From the NCBI GenBank assembly GCA_034189385.1, contig JAXHVD010000015.1, forward strand, positions 32,001-96,000: a stretch of DNA of 64,000 bases, given 5' to 3'. This document shows positions 33,174 to 43,370 of the stretch, piece after piece. A program made the translations under genes and the position numbers. Below the pieces are notes generated by a model. The model did not search any database. It had not been told where the DNA came from and saw only the letters and a list, made by a program, of their open reading frames with translations. How positions within the stretch are numbered: the stretch's first letter is position 1; every line of letters starts with the position of its first letter. This DNA comes from Thermodesulfobacteriota bacterium (lineage in GTDB: Bacteria > Desulfobacterota > Desulfobacteria > Desulfobacterales > C00003060).

Positions 33174-34124
33174 TTAGCCCTTCCTGAAAACACTCACCAG
33201 GCCCTTTGGAAGGAACATGATGACCACAAGCAGTATGAGTCCGTATACCAGGACATCAAAATCCTGAAACATGTGGAGCCATTCGTTGCTGAGATAGCTC
33301 AACAGGCAGGTCCCCAACATGGCCCCCCAAATGCTTCCCATGCCACCAATGACGACCATCATGAGAAACTTGATGGACCAGAACAGGTCAAAAGAGCCAG
33401 GACTCAGAAAGGTCATGTAATGGGTGTATAGGCTACCTGCCAGGGAGGCATACACAGCGCTCAAGACAAAAATCCGTGTCTTGTACAAGGATGTGGGTAC
33501 ACCCATGGCATTGGCTGCCTTCTCGCTCCCGTGGATGGACCGCAGCGCCCTTCCCACCCTGGAGTGTATGATGTTGAGGGAGACAAGGAGAACAGCCAAG
33601 ACAATAGCCCACACAAAATAGTAATACTTCACCGTGGTGTCGATCTGCCAGCCACCGAGTGAAATACCTGGGATGTCTGCAAGGCCCGAAGGGCCACCGG
33701 TAAGGGCCACCTCCTCGTTAAAGACAACAAAGACAATGACACCAAAACCAAGGGTAGCCATGGCCAGGTAGTGCCCTTTGAGTTTCAGGGATGGTACCCC
33801 CACGGCCAGGGCAACGAGTCCCGTCAACACCATCCCGGCTGGTAGGGCTGCCCACGGAGACCACCCGAAGTTTGTGGTGAGTACACCGGACACGTAGGCC
33901 CCCAAGCCAAAAAAGGCGGCCTGCCCCAGGGACACCTGACCTGCGTAGCCCATCAGGAGACTCAGCCCAATGTTCACGAGGGAAAATATCCCCACAAAAA
34001 CCATGATGTCCAAGTAGTGGTGAATAGCGGAAAAACTGGTGGTCAGCAGGGGAAACAGGAAAATGCCCACGCCAAGGGCCACGAGTACGCCCATGTCTTG
34101 CTTCTCAACAGCGGTCATGTGCAC
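33174..34124 (-). CDS. Liv-type ABC transporter permease (LivM-like)
   Basis: GYAGQVSLGQAAFFGLGAY, YLAMATL and GGMGSIWG. Confidence 0.92.
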   Translation of the reverse strand: MHMTAVEKQDMGVLVALGVGIFLFPLLTTSFSAIHHYLDIMVFVGIFSLVNIGLSLLMGYAGQVSLGQAAFFGLGAYVSGVLTTNFGWSPWAALPAGMVLTGLVALAVGVPSLKLKGHYLAMATLGFGVIVFVVFNEEVALTGGPSGLADIPGISLGGWQIDTTVKYYYFVWAIVLAVLLVSLNIIHSRVGRALRSIHGSEKAANAMGVPTSLYKTRIFVLSAVYASLAGSLYTHYMTFLSPGSFDLFWSIKFLMMVVIGGMGSIWGAMLGTCLLSYLSNEWLHMFQDFDVLVYGLILLVVIMFLPKGLVSVFRKG

Positions 34125-34137
34125 TCGGTTCCGGTCC

Positions 34138-35040
34138 TCAGAATTCCTTCATCCTCATGATCTCCTTGCTCCCGAAAAGCCCGCTCGGTCTCACAAAGAG
34201 CACTAGAAGCAAGACCATTAGGGCGGCAGCGTCCTTATATCCCGATGATATGAGCCCTGCACAGAAAGACTCTACAAGGCCCACAATGAATCCTGCAACC
34301 ACGGCCCCATAGAAATGGCCGAGCCCCCCCAGGACGGCGGCCCCAAAGCCCTTCAGGGCCAAGAGAGCCCCGCGGTCGTATTCCATCATGGATATGGGGG
34401 TCACCACTATCCCGGCCACCGCTCCAATAGCTGCACTCAGACCGAATGAGACCATGACCATGGTCTTCACATCGATGCCCATAAGCTGGGCCGCATCCCT
34501 GTTGTCTGAACTTGCAATCATGGCCTTGCCAAACTTGGTGTGCTTGAAAAACATGGTCAAGAGAAAAACAACCACCAGCGTTGTTCCAAGCACCCATATG
34601 GATTGAGGGAAAATGGCAGCCCCCATGAAAACAAAAGGTTCTCGATCCGTAAAGGGGGGCAAGACAAAGGGGTCCTTTCCCCACCCATACATGGCGGCCC
34701 CCTTTAGTAATATGGAGGCCGCAATCGTCAGGATGATCATGGTAAGCACGGAGGCGTTCTTTGCGGGGAAAATGGCAAATCGCTCCATCAATACCCCTAT
34801 GGTCAAGACCACAGCCACTGTCAGCATAAAGGCTATGACAAGGGGCAGGTGCAAGACACTGGCAAAGAAAACCATGAAAAGTCCACCGAGCATCACAAAC
34901 TCCCCCTGAGCGAAGTTGATGATCTCGGTCACATTGTAGATAATGTCAAAACCGATAGCCACGAGGGCATAGATGCTCCCCACAGTAATACCGGTGATGG
35001 CATACTGAATCAGTTGTCCGCTGAGGGTGATTTGCTCCAT
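34138..35040 (-). CDS. Liv-type ABC transporter permease (LivH-like)
   Basis: GSIYALVAIG, INFAQGEF, AAVLGGLG and RPSGLFG. Confidence 0.92.
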   Translation of the reverse strand: MEQITLSGQLIQYAITGITVGSIYALVAIGFDIIYNVTEIINFAQGEFVMLGGLFMVFFASVLHLPLVIAFMLTVAVVLTIGVLMERFAIFPAKNASVLTMIILTIAASILLKGAAMYGWGKDPFVLPPFTDREPFVFMGAAIFPQSIWVLGTTLVVVFLLTMFFKHTKFGKAMIASSDNRDAAQLMGIDVKTMVMVSFGLSAAIGAVAGIVVTPISMMEYDRGALLALKGFGAAVLGGLGHFYGAVVAGFIVGLVESFCAGLISSGYKDAAALMVLLLVLFVRPSGLFGSKEIMRMKEF

Positions 35041-35223
35041 AGAGACAATGGTACGGCTTAAGCTCTCTGAAAAGACCCGATGTCGCTCACTCCTGTGAAC
35101 CTCTCTTGGAGTTTTCAATCTGCCCGGCTAAATGGCCGAAACTCTCGGCCACGGCGGATCAAACAGTCTGCAATCATCGGGGCCAGCCACATCGTATGGA
35201 TGTTGTCCTGATAAATATACGCT

Positions 35224-35255
35224 CGCTAACCCCGCTTGAAGGAGCGGGGTTAGCG
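35224..35255. other. Intercistronic stem-loop after the substrate-binding protein gene
   Basis: CGCTAACCCCGCT-TGAAGG-AGCGGGGTTAGCG perfect 13-bp stem with no U-tract. Confidence 0.6.
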
Positions 35256-35301
35256 CTCGCTCATTCGATTCGAAGCGGTAACAGTCTCAAACAGTCACGT
35301 G

Positions 35302-36471
35302 TTACTTGGCGATGGCCCAGTCCCCGCCTTTAACGACCACCATCTCTAAATCGTCTTTGGAAAGTCCATTGTGGTCGCGGGGTGAGAAATTAAATACCCC
35401 GTGTTGCCCCACAAAACCGGTCAGATTCTCAATGAAATCACGGATTTTAGAGCGATCTGGCCCAACCGATTCTAAGGCCTTCACGGCGATGTGCAGAGAA
35501 TCCCAGGCATGTCCGCCAAAAGACGATATGGGCTCGTTATACTTTTTCTCATAGGCTTCCGTATAGCCCATGACCACCCCCTTTTGGATGTGGTCATCGG
35601 CAAGGAGGCGGCCGATATTGCCCCGTGCCAGCGGACAGAGGACCCCTTCGGCATCCTTGCCGCAAAGCTCGATGTTCTTCCGGCTTCCGAATCCGTGGCT
35701 TTGGTAGAGCGGCAGTTTGTCCATGGCGAGGGCGCGCCAGTTTTTCACTGCCAAGATCTGGGTCTGCCCAACAGACCAGTTCACGATAGCCTGGGCGTCG
35801 GTCCCTTTGATCTTGGTCAATTGAGCTGTGAGGTCTGTGTCTTTGGGACCGTAGCGCTCATCTGCAACAATGGTAATACCGTAGTCTTTGGCAAAGGCCA
35901 GAAGTTCTTCCCGGCCACTTGCCCCGAATCCGGTTGTACCTGTCATGATCCCCACCTTGGTGATCCCTTTACTCTTCATGTGGTCGTAGATCCGCTGGGC
36001 CACATGAATATCCGACCCTGCCACCTTAAAGACCCAGTGGCGCTTTTCCACCGGCATCACGATCTTCTTGCTGGCCGCGCACGAGATGAGAGGGATCTGA
36101 GCCTTATCCGCAACGCTCACGATCGCCAGGGATGTACCACTCGTTGATGGCCCGATAACAACGGGCACGTTGTCTTGATTGATCAGTTTCTTCATGGCCA
36201 CGTTGCACTTGGTGGCATCTCCTTCATCGTCATATATAATCAACTCCAGGCGATGGCCGTTAATGCCCCCGGCCTTGTTGATCTCTTCAGCGATCATCTC
36301 GGCGGTCTTCTTCTCAGGCTCTCCCAGAAAAGAGGCCCGGCCTGTCACCGAAAAGATGGCCCCCACCTTGTAAGGCTCCTCAGCCTCCACGTTGCTGGCC
36401 CAAGATAGCGCCACCGCGGTCGTCAAGAACATTGAAATGGCGATCCAGACAACACTTCTTTTCATATCCAT
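35302..36471 (-). CDS. Liv-type ABC substrate-binding protein
   Basis: Signal peptide; KVGAIFSVTG, INKAGGING and DLTAQLTKIK; AGGAGG RBS. Confidence 0.93.
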   Translation of the reverse strand: MDMKRSVVWIAISMFLTTAVALSWASNVEAEEPYKVGAIFSVTGRASFLGEPEKKTAEMIAEEINKAGGINGHRLELIIYDDEGDATKCNVAMKKLINQDNVPVVIGPSTSGTSLAIVSVADKAQIPLISCAASKKIVMPVEKRHWVFKVAGSDIHVAQRIYDHMKSKGITKVGIMTGTTGFGASGREELLAFAKDYGITIVADERYGPKDTDLTAQLTKIKGTDAQAIVNWSVGQTQILAVKNWRALAMDKLPLYQSHGFGSRKNIELCGKDAEGVLCPLARGNIGRLLADDHIQKGVVMGYTEAYEKKYNEPISSFGGHAWDSLHIAVKALESVGPDRSKIRDFIENLTGFVGQHGVFNFSPRDHNGLSKDDLEMVVVKGGDWAIAK

Positions 36472-36562
36472 GGCAATCTCCTCCTAAAAAGATGTAGTCC
36501 TTCAGATTCCCAGTACACGGGACAGACAACATGCGAACGTCTCTCGTCACCTCCTTTCACAC

Positions 36563-36593
36563 AAAAAAAAACCGTGAGCCTTCGGGCCCGCGG
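36563..36593 (-). terminator. Terminator in the 5' leader of the ABC operon (possible attenuator)
   Basis: CCGCGGGCC-CGAA-GGCTCACGG followed by T9, about 90 nt before the start codon, with no upstream co-oriented gene. Confidence 0.7.
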
Positions 36594-36859
36594 CTCCCAA
36601 AAATCTTCTCAGATCAATGGATGAACAAAGACCTGAGCCGACGCTGGCGGCAGCCTCGCGATACTAGCCACCGTGGTGCATTCGGTAGCGTCTCAGCACA
36701 CAAGGGTAGAACTTCCGAAAATTTGGCACGATCCTTACAAGAAAAGAAAGGCCGTGTCAACAACAAAGCCTTTGGCCAACAAGGGCTCACCCAAGTCAAA
36801 GGGGTGTGTCTGGACAAGCCATGCTCCCTGGCCCATGCCCTCAGACATGGAAAGGTGCC

Positions 36860-36888
36860 TTGATTATTGATCCATTATGCACTAAGTT
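36860..36888 (+). promoter_or_regulatory. Candidate sigma70 promoter of the ccm operon
   Basis: TTGATT-N17-TAAGTT. Confidence 0.4.
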
Positions 36889-36972
36889 AAGAAGGTTGAC
36901 CCTTTTTCTTGAGAGAGACGATAGAGCCTCTTTCTCCTTTGGGCACTGTAGCCAGGGTCAAGGACCAGTATA

Positions 36973-37632
36973 ATGGGGGACAAACCGTCCGTGTATGCAC
37001 TAAAACTCGGAAATATAGGGAAATACTATTCCGCGGCCCTGCTCTTCAGGGACATATCTTTTGAGTTGCATTCTGGAGAGGTCCTGGCCATTGCCGGATG
37101 GAACGGCTCCGGCAAGAGCACTCTCCTGCGGATTATAGCAGGTCTTGTGAGGCCTTCTACGGGCCAGGTGGAGATGTTTTTCGAGAATGAACCAATACCC
37201 AAAGAATCGCGCCGGAGATTTCTTGGTATGGTGGCACCAGCAATGGCGCTCTATGAAGAACTCACAGCCCTAGAGAACATGGAGTTCTTCTGCAAAGTCA
37301 GAGGCCTTGCCTACCACCGTAGGACCTGTCTGGAGATGATGGATCGCGTTGGCTTGTCCGAACACTCTGACAAGATATGCAGAAACTATTCTTCTGGGAT
37401 GAAGCAACGGCTGAAACTGGTCCAAGCGGTTCTCCATACCCCCCCACTACTGTTGCTGGATGAACCAGGATGCAATCTTGACAGCAAAGGGATGAAGATT
37501 GTAGAGGACATTACTCGGCAGCAGCGGCACATGGGAATGACTGTCATTGCATCTAACGAAAAGCGGGAGGTGGACTACGCAGACAGGGTCATCAACCTAT
37601 CTGAGCGAAGCCATGGCAATCTGGCTCCGTGA
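36973..37632 (+). CDS. ccmA: Heme ABC exporter ATPase CcmA
   Basis: GWNGSGKST, YSSGMKQR and LLLDEP; first gene of the ccm cluster. Confidence 0.88.
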   Translation: MGDKPSVYALKLGNIGKYYSAALLFRDISFELHSGEVLAIAGWNGSGKSTLLRIIAGLVRPSTGQVEMFFENEPIPKESRRRFLGMVAPAMALYEELTALENMEFFCKVRGLAYHRRTCLEMMDRVGLSEHSDKICRNYSSGMKQRLKLVQAVLHTPPLLLLDEPGCNLDSKGMKIVEDITRQQRHMGMTVIASNEKREVDYADRVINLSERSHGNLAP

Positions 37633-38269
37633 TGTACGCAGCGAATTCAGGACACGTTATGCCGTCAATGCCATCCTGATGTTTGCTCTCACCACTCTTG
37701 TGGCGGTGAGTTTCTCCATAGGCTCCTTCCGTATTGGCGAAGCAGAGAAGCCTTTTCTGTATGCGGTGTTGCTGTGGATCATACTGGTGTTTTCGGCATT
37801 GTCCGGTCTTTCCCGCTCCTTTGTCAAGGAGGAAGAAGCCGGGACCATGGATGTGCTGCGGCTCTCTGCTCGCCCCCAGGCAGTGTTCTTGGGAAAGCTC
37901 TTTTTTAACCTGACCCTGCTGGGGGCCCTGGAGGTGATCATCGTTCCATCGTTTATTCTCCTGATGGAATACGACATAGCCTTTCCAGGCTTCTTTGTGG
38001 CCATGCTCATTAGCGGTGGACTTGGTTTGGGTGCGGGCACCACCATCGTGGCGGCTATGATAGCCCAGGCCAGCGTTCGCGGTGCCCTGTTTTCTGCCCT
38101 CTCTTTCCCGCTCCTCTTACCCCTCATGATCACGGCCATCAAGGGGTGTGAAAGGGCGGCACTCGGAATCGATGCAGCAGGCTGGCCCGAAGTGAGAATC
38201 GCTGTGGCCTATGTTGTAATAATGATTATTATGTCGATATTCTTGTTTCCCTTGATTTGGGAAGAGTGA
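37613..38269 (+). CDS. ccmB: Heme exporter CcmB
   Basis: DVRSEFR, RSFVKEEEAGT, FLGK and FPLLLP; start uncertain. Confidence 0.88.
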   Translation: MAIWLRDVRSEFRTRYAVNAILMFALTTLVAVSFSIGSFRIGEAEKPFLYAVLLWIILVFSALSGLSRSFVKEEEAGTMDVLRLSARPQAVFLGKLFFNLTLLGALEVIIVPSFILLMEYDIAFPGFFVAMLISGGLGLGAGTTIVAAMIAQASVRGALFSALSFPLLLPLMITAIKGCERAALGIDAAGWPEVRIAVAYVVIMIIMSIFLFPLIWEE

Positions 38270-38390
38270 ATCCCATCATCTATACGATGTCCAATGGTGG
38301 CGTTTTGGGCTACCATTTTGGCACCGATGATGAGAGTTGAGACCTGAAGAAAGCGGTGACGTCTTTGGCTGAACAGGCAAGGGGAAGATC

Positions 38391-39077
38391 ATGATATTCA
38401 GAGCGTTATTGGCAATCTGGATGGCTGTCATTATCGTTGCAGCTTTCTTATATGCAGGAGCAGCCACTGGCTTTCCTGGGGAAACATCTCGCATCTTGTT
38501 TTTTCATGTTCCTCAGGCGTGGGTGGCGACGCTCTCCTTTCTCTTGTCCATGATAGCCAGTGCCGTCTATCTTGCTAAACGCAATACGACGTCCGATGAC
38601 ATGGCCTTGTCAGCAGCAGAGTTGGGCTTTCTGTTTTGCATCCTTGCCACAGTGACCGGTTCCATTTTTGCCAAAGCCACCTGGGGCTCATTCTGGAATT
38701 GGGACCCCCGGGAGACTTCCATCGTCATACTCCTGATGATCTACGGCGCCTATTTTGCACTTCGCTCGGCAGTGCCGGACCCTGAAAAGAAGCGCGTCTT
38801 TGCTGGGGTCTACTCCATACTTGCCTTTGTCACAGTCCCTTTCCTGGTCTTTGTGGTACCGCGGATAACAGCCTCTCTCCATCCTGAAGACACCATGAAT
38901 CCGGCCAATCCCGGCATGGATCCCAAGACCTTAAAGGTCTTCCTGGGCTCATTGCTGGCTTACACCGCACTCTTTGTCTGGATGCTACGGTTGAAAATGA
39001 GGGTTTTGAAGATTCAGCATCTGCAAATGAAAAGATCTAGGGATTTGGCGTCGAGGACTGATAATCATACACGATGA
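38391..39077 (+). CDS. ccmC: Heme exporter CcmC
   Basis: FHVPQAW, WGSFWNWDPRET (WWD motif) and LHP. Confidence 0.93.
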   Translation: MIFRALLAIWMAVIIVAAFLYAGAATGFPGETSRILFFHVPQAWVATLSFLLSMIASAVYLAKRNTTSDDMALSAAELGFLFCILATVTGSIFAKATWGSFWNWDPRETSIVILLMIYGAYFALRSAVPDPEKKRVFAGVYSILAFVTVPFLVFVVPRITASLHPEDTMNPANPGMDPKTLKVFLGSLLAYTALFVWMLRLKMRVLKIQHLQMKRSRDLASRTDNHTR

Positions 39078-39217
39078 AGGAACACCTGCCGCTGTTACAG
39101 AAAATCTCTGGTCTGCCCTGTCGTCATGTTACGCACCCCTGCCATGCCTCGACGGCAGGTGACCAAATCCGATTTGCAGAGGCCTTCTCGATATCATATG
39201 CTTAAAGGAGAAAACGT

Positions 39218-39346
39218 ATGAAGGACGGTCTGGGATTTGTCATGGGAGTAAATCTTATCATTTGGGCTGGCATAGCCTTTTATCTATTTGTTCTAGATCG
39301 GAGGATAAAAAAATTGGAAGAAACTTCCAGGGATGACAAAAGATGA
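39218..39346 (+). CDS. ccmD: CcmD-family small membrane protein (42 aa; not in the ORF track)
   Basis: AAGGAG RBS; MKDGLGFVMGVNLIIWAGIAFYLFVLDRRIKKLEETSRDDKR; ATGA overlap with ccmE. Confidence 0.85.
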   Translation: MKDGLGFVMGVNLIIWAGIAFYLFVLDRRIKKLEETSRDDKR

Positions 39347-39717
39347 AAAAGTCTTATATTATTGGTGCCCTCGTCATTGCTGCGGCTGGTGTCATGGCCA
39401 TGCAGTCTTTCAAATCCACCCTCACCGCCTATGTTACGGTAAGGGAGGCCAAGGCCAGTAAACGCCCCGTCCAGGTGGCAGGCGTAGCGGTCAAGGATAC
39501 GTACGACGTGAAGACCAATAATCTGGTCTTCACGTTGCGCGAGGACGGCGGTGACGAAATGGTAGTGGAATATGACGGCCCTCGACCAGGGAATTTTGAT
39601 AACGTGACCAAGGTCGTGGCCATAGGCACATACGAACCCAGCACACAGGTCTTTGAGGCCAAGGAACTCTTGGTCAAGTGTCCGACTAAATACGAAGGGC
39701 GGGTTAAGGGAGAATGA
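39343..39717 (+). CDS. ccmE: Heme chaperone CcmE (CxxxY type)
   Basis: N-terminal anchor; LLVKCPTKY. Confidence 0.9.
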   Translation: MKKSYIIGALVIAAAGVMAMQSFKSTLTAYVTVREAKASKRPVQVAGVAVKDTYDVKTNNLVFTLREDGGDEMVVEYDGPRPGNFDNVTKVVAIGTYEPSTQVFEAKELLVKCPTKYEGRVKGE

Positions 39718-41945
39718 GCAATTTCGGTCATCTGTTAATGTGGTTAGCACTCATTGCCATAGGCGTGTCGTCTCTGTGTTATATGGTCCTGGCTTTCGGA
39801 AAAGGCAGTGCCGCGGTCAAGAATGCCGCCCGCTTAAGCTTTGTGAGCTTTGCGGCCTTTGTAACCCTTGGCTCCATCCTTTTAATGCACTTCATACTCA
39901 ACCACGAGTTCGTGTACCGGTATGTGGCCGAGTATTCCTCCCGTGACCTCTCCTTGGAATATCTTATCAGTTCTTTCTGGGCAGGCCAGGAAGGCAGCTT
40001 TCTGCTGTGGGTGTTGTTCGGGGGCTGGCTTGGCATCTTGCTCATGTTCAAGACCAGGGAAGTAGAACCCCAGGTCATGCTCATTTACAATCTGAATAAC
40101 ATCTTCCTGGCCGTCTTGCTGATTAAGCAGAGCCCCTTTCGCATGCTCCCCATGGCGCCTCCAGACGGCCAAGGGCTCAACATGCTCTTGCAGGACCCGT
40201 GGATGGTGATCCACCCGCCTGTCGTGTTTCTGGGCTATGCGGCCTTTACCATCCCTTTTGCATACGCCGTCTCTGCCCTGTGGCGCAGGGACTACGACGG
40301 ATGGATCAAGCCGGCCCTGCCCTGGACTGTTTTTGCATTTGTGACCCTGGGGGCCGGTATCATCATTGGCGGTTATTGGTCTTACAAGGTCTTGGGATGG
40401 GGCGGCTATTGGGGCTGGGACCCCGTAGAGAATGCCTCTCTTTTGCCCTGGCTGGCTGGGATGGCCCTCATGCACGGGATGATCCTGCAGGGAACGCGTA
40501 AAAAACTTCGTAAAATCAATTTTGTGCTGGCAGCTTGTTCTTTTGTTCTGGTCATCTACTGCACTTTTTTGACTAGATCAGGCATTCTGGCGGACTTCTC
40601 TGTCCATTCTTTTGTGGATCTGGGCATTACCGGCTGGCTTGTGGTCTTCATGTTCGCTTTTATCGCCATTGCTCTGGTCCTCTTTGCTGTCCGGGCAAGG
40701 GAAATCCCTGTGTCCAAGAAAGACGGGCCTGTCGGCTATTTCTCCAGGGAATTTGGCCTCATCGCTGCCATTATTGTACTTTCTCTTTGCACTCTGGTTG
40801 TGGGGCTCGGCACATCTGCACCCCTCATTACTAGGGCCCTTGAAAAGGCCTCAAAGGTATCGACGGAGTTCTACACAGACACCAACTTTCCTTTTGCGCT
40901 CCTCATGCTGTTCCTGTTGAGCTTCGTACCTCTCATGACCTGGGGTAGAAACAGCCTTGGGAGGCTTTTCCGCAAACTCACCTGGGCCGCCGTGGGCGCC
41001 ATGATAGCCCTCGTGATCACCCTTCTAAGCGGCTATCCGGGACCCCGCATCCTTCCCCTCTCACTCCTTGCCGGGGCCACTAGCGGTATGAATCTCTTCT
41101 TGACCATCAGACTCCTTAGGAAAAGAATCACCTTGTCCAGCGGAGCTATTGCTCATTTGGGAGTGGGCCTTATGTTTCTCGGCATTGTGGCATCTTCTGT
41201 CTACGATCGGTCAGAAAAGGTGTTATGTACAGAAGGAGTTGCCCAAAGCGCCATGGGTTACAATATTACATTCAATGCCCCTAGGTTTTCAAAAGACGGC
41301 AAAGGGGTGCGCCTCGCACTGCCGTTGGACGTGCGGAAGGGAGATCATCAGTTTTCTGCCTTGCCTGATATCTATTCTGAGCGGACCAGAGACGGCCACT
41401 CCAAACGTTTTGTCCATCCCCATATCCGCAGAGGCCTCATCTCAGATCTCTACATATCGCCCATGGATTTTAAGCCTGGAAAGAAAGGCACGCCTGCCAA
41501 TGAGATCATGCTGGGGAAAAAGAAGAAGTCCCAGCTTCACGACTACAGCATCGAATTTACGGGCTTTGATGTGTCGGCCATGATGGGGCAAAAAACTGCC
41601 TCCCCCATGAGCGTAGGCGCCAATATCTTAGTCTCTTATAAAGGCGGGGAGCCGGTCACACTCAAACCGCTCATGACCATGGGGCAAGGACAAAGTCCGT
41701 CGAGTCGCGTTAAACTGCCTGGACCCGAAGACGCTTATTTGACCCTTGCCAAGATGGACGCAACGGACAAGACAATCACCCTCGTCTATGAAGGGCCAGG
41801 GGGTGGGACAGAAAAGGGCCAGGATACGCCACCTGCTGTCATTGCCGAGGTGAGTATCAAGCCCGGCATGACCCTCCTATGGCTGGGAACCTGTCTCATT
41901 CTTCTGGGGGGCTGCGTTGCCATCGCTCGCCGCTGGCAGCGTTAA
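39714..41945 (+). CDS. ccmF: Cytochrome c heme lyase CcmF
   Basis: WAGQEGS, IHPP, WGGYWGWDPVEN, LTRSG..SVHSF and AHLG. Confidence 0.96.
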   Translation: MSNFGHLLMWLALIAIGVSSLCYMVLAFGKGSAAVKNAARLSFVSFAAFVTLGSILLMHFILNHEFVYRYVAEYSSRDLSLEYLISSFWAGQEGSFLLWVLFGGWLGILLMFKTREVEPQVMLIYNLNNIFLAVLLIKQSPFRMLPMAPPDGQGLNMLLQDPWMVIHPPVVFLGYAAFTIPFAYAVSALWRRDYDGWIKPALPWTVFAFVTLGAGIIIGGYWSYKVLGWGGYWGWDPVENASLLPWLAGMALMHGMILQGTRKKLRKINFVLAACSFVLVIYCTFLTRSGILADFSVHSFVDLGITGWLVVFMFAFIAIALVLFAVRAREIPVSKKDGPVGYFSREFGLIAAIIVLSLCTLVVGLGTSAPLITRALEKASKVSTEFYTDTNFPFALLMLFLLSFVPLMTWGRNSLGRLFRKLTWAAVGAMIALVITLLSGYPGPRILPLSLLAGATSGMNLFLTIRLLRKRITLSSGAIAHLGVGLMFLGIVASSVYDRSEKVLCTEGVAQSAMGYNITFNAPRFSKDGKGVRLALPLDVRKGDHQFSALPDIYSERTRDGHSKRFVHPHIRRGLISDLYISPMDFKPGKKGTPANEIMLGKKKKSQLHDYSIEFTGFDVSAMMGQKTASPMSVGANILVSYKGGEPVTLKPLMTMGQGQSPSSRVKLPGPEDAYLTLAKMDATDKTITLVYEGPGGGTEKGQDTPPAVIAEVSIKPGMTLLWLGTCLILLGGCVAIARRWQR

Positions 41946-42333
41946 TGGGCCGCGGGGAAATGCTTGTTTGTCTGACTCCATCGGGATGATTCTCATCCTT
42001 TGTCTGTCACTGCGAGGCATTTATCCGGCGCTGGGTGCAAGGCCCTGTTCTCTTCCCGTCATGTCTTAGCATGTCTTTCCCCTGAAAAGGAAAGGGTCGC
42101 CACTAAGCCATTTTCGGGCTCCATGCGTACGTCCCCGACGTCACCTTCGGGCCACCTAATCACAAGAACGCTCCCCCTTGGATTAGACCGTTTCTGATTA
42201 TTAGCCCTTCACTCTCAGAAGACCTCTCATCCCGAAAAGGCCCTATGTCGTCCAGGAAAGGCTCAGCTACCCAATGACTCATGACAGCTGTTTCTGGCCC
42301 ATAACACCCCGTTTACCCTTTTCTATGAGAAAG

Positions 42334-42379
42334 AAAAAAAAAGGCCCCCATCCTGCCTTTTGGACAGGATGGGGGCTTT
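42334..42379. terminator. Terminator after the cytochrome genes (possibly bidirectional)
   Basis: A-run, then GCCCCCATCCTG..CAGGATGGGGGC, then TTT. Confidence 0.82.
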
Positions 42380-42408
42380 CCTATTTGCGCTAGCGTATAG
42401 AGCTTCTT

Positions 42409-43296
42409 CTATTTCAGGATATCGTGAGGATTTCCGTGGCACTCCCCACAGTTGGCCGTATCAATGAGCATGGCCTTGGAATGGGGTTCCCCATGGCACC
42501 TCTGGCATTCAGGGATCTCCATGTGACTCGGATGGCAATCTGCACAGGCTACAGGAGTATGCTTCGATGCACTCTTTTCTAGCATGTCGCTGATATCATC
42601 GTGGCAACCGGCACACAGGATATTTGGGGTGGTCTTGTCATACACCATCTCAGTAGGCTTGTGCACAGGGTGGCACGTCATGCACTCGGCTGTTCCCATC
42701 TCCACTCCTGGGCTGTGGTTCTCATGACATGCGTCACATGAGGGGATGTACCCATGTTTATCGGCATGGCAGTCCACACAGGCCACGTCAGTCAAATGCT
42801 TGCTGGGATAGGCCTTGAGTTCACTTCCTATTTTACTGTGGCATTGGGCACAGGCCGCTTCAATATCCCCCATGGGAATGGCCAGCGGCTTGTGTGGGTC
42901 TGCGTGGCAGGAGAGACAAGGTGTCAATGCCGGATCTTCTCCGTGAAAGGCCCCGCCATTTGCATTCACATGGCAGGCGGCACATTTTGGCATGATCTCA
43001 TCATAGTTGTCCTTTCGAGGGTTGTACTGGTGCAGCTGGGTGTGGCAACGCATGCAGTCAATCTGATGCCTGCCCCCCTCGTTCTTAATGACCTCAAAGA
43101 CGGGCAAATGACATTGGCCACACTCTGCAGGCGTTAACGGCTTGATGTCCATTCGATAAAAGGCAGCCTCGTCTGCCGCTTCTGCTGTCACAGGCCCCAC
43201 CAGTTCATGCAGGTCCTTATCGCTACCAAAGCCGCATATCATAACCACCGCCAACACCATACACGCAACGCTTGCGATGCATTTTGAACCAGTCAT
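42409..43296 (-). CDS. Dodecaheme c-type cytochrome
   Basis: 12 CxxCH motifs; N-terminal signal or anchor. Confidence 0.92.
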   Translation of the reverse strand: MTGSKCIASVACMVLAVVMICGFGSDKDLHELVGPVTAEAADEAAFYRMDIKPLTPAECGQCHLPVFEVIKNEGGRHQIDCMRCHTQLHQYNPRKDNYDEIMPKCAACHVNANGGAFHGEDPALTPCLSCHADPHKPLAIPMGDIEAACAQCHSKIGSELKAYPSKHLTDVACVDCHADKHGYIPSCDACHENHSPGVEMGTAECMTCHPVHKPTEMVYDKTTPNILCAGCHDDISDMLEKSASKHTPVACADCHPSHMEIPECQRCHGEPHSKAMLIDTANCGECHGNPHDILK

Positions 43297-43370
43297 ACCA
43301 ACCTCCCATTCATGTCATGCCCCTCCCAGCCGCCGGAACAGGGGGCTAAGAGGGAACGATATACGTCTAT

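Noticed and set aside
36724..36738. Sigma54-like TGGCACG-N4-TTAC site facing ccmA
   Set aside because: The -12 element is AC rather than GC, and a sigma70 candidate lies closer to the gene
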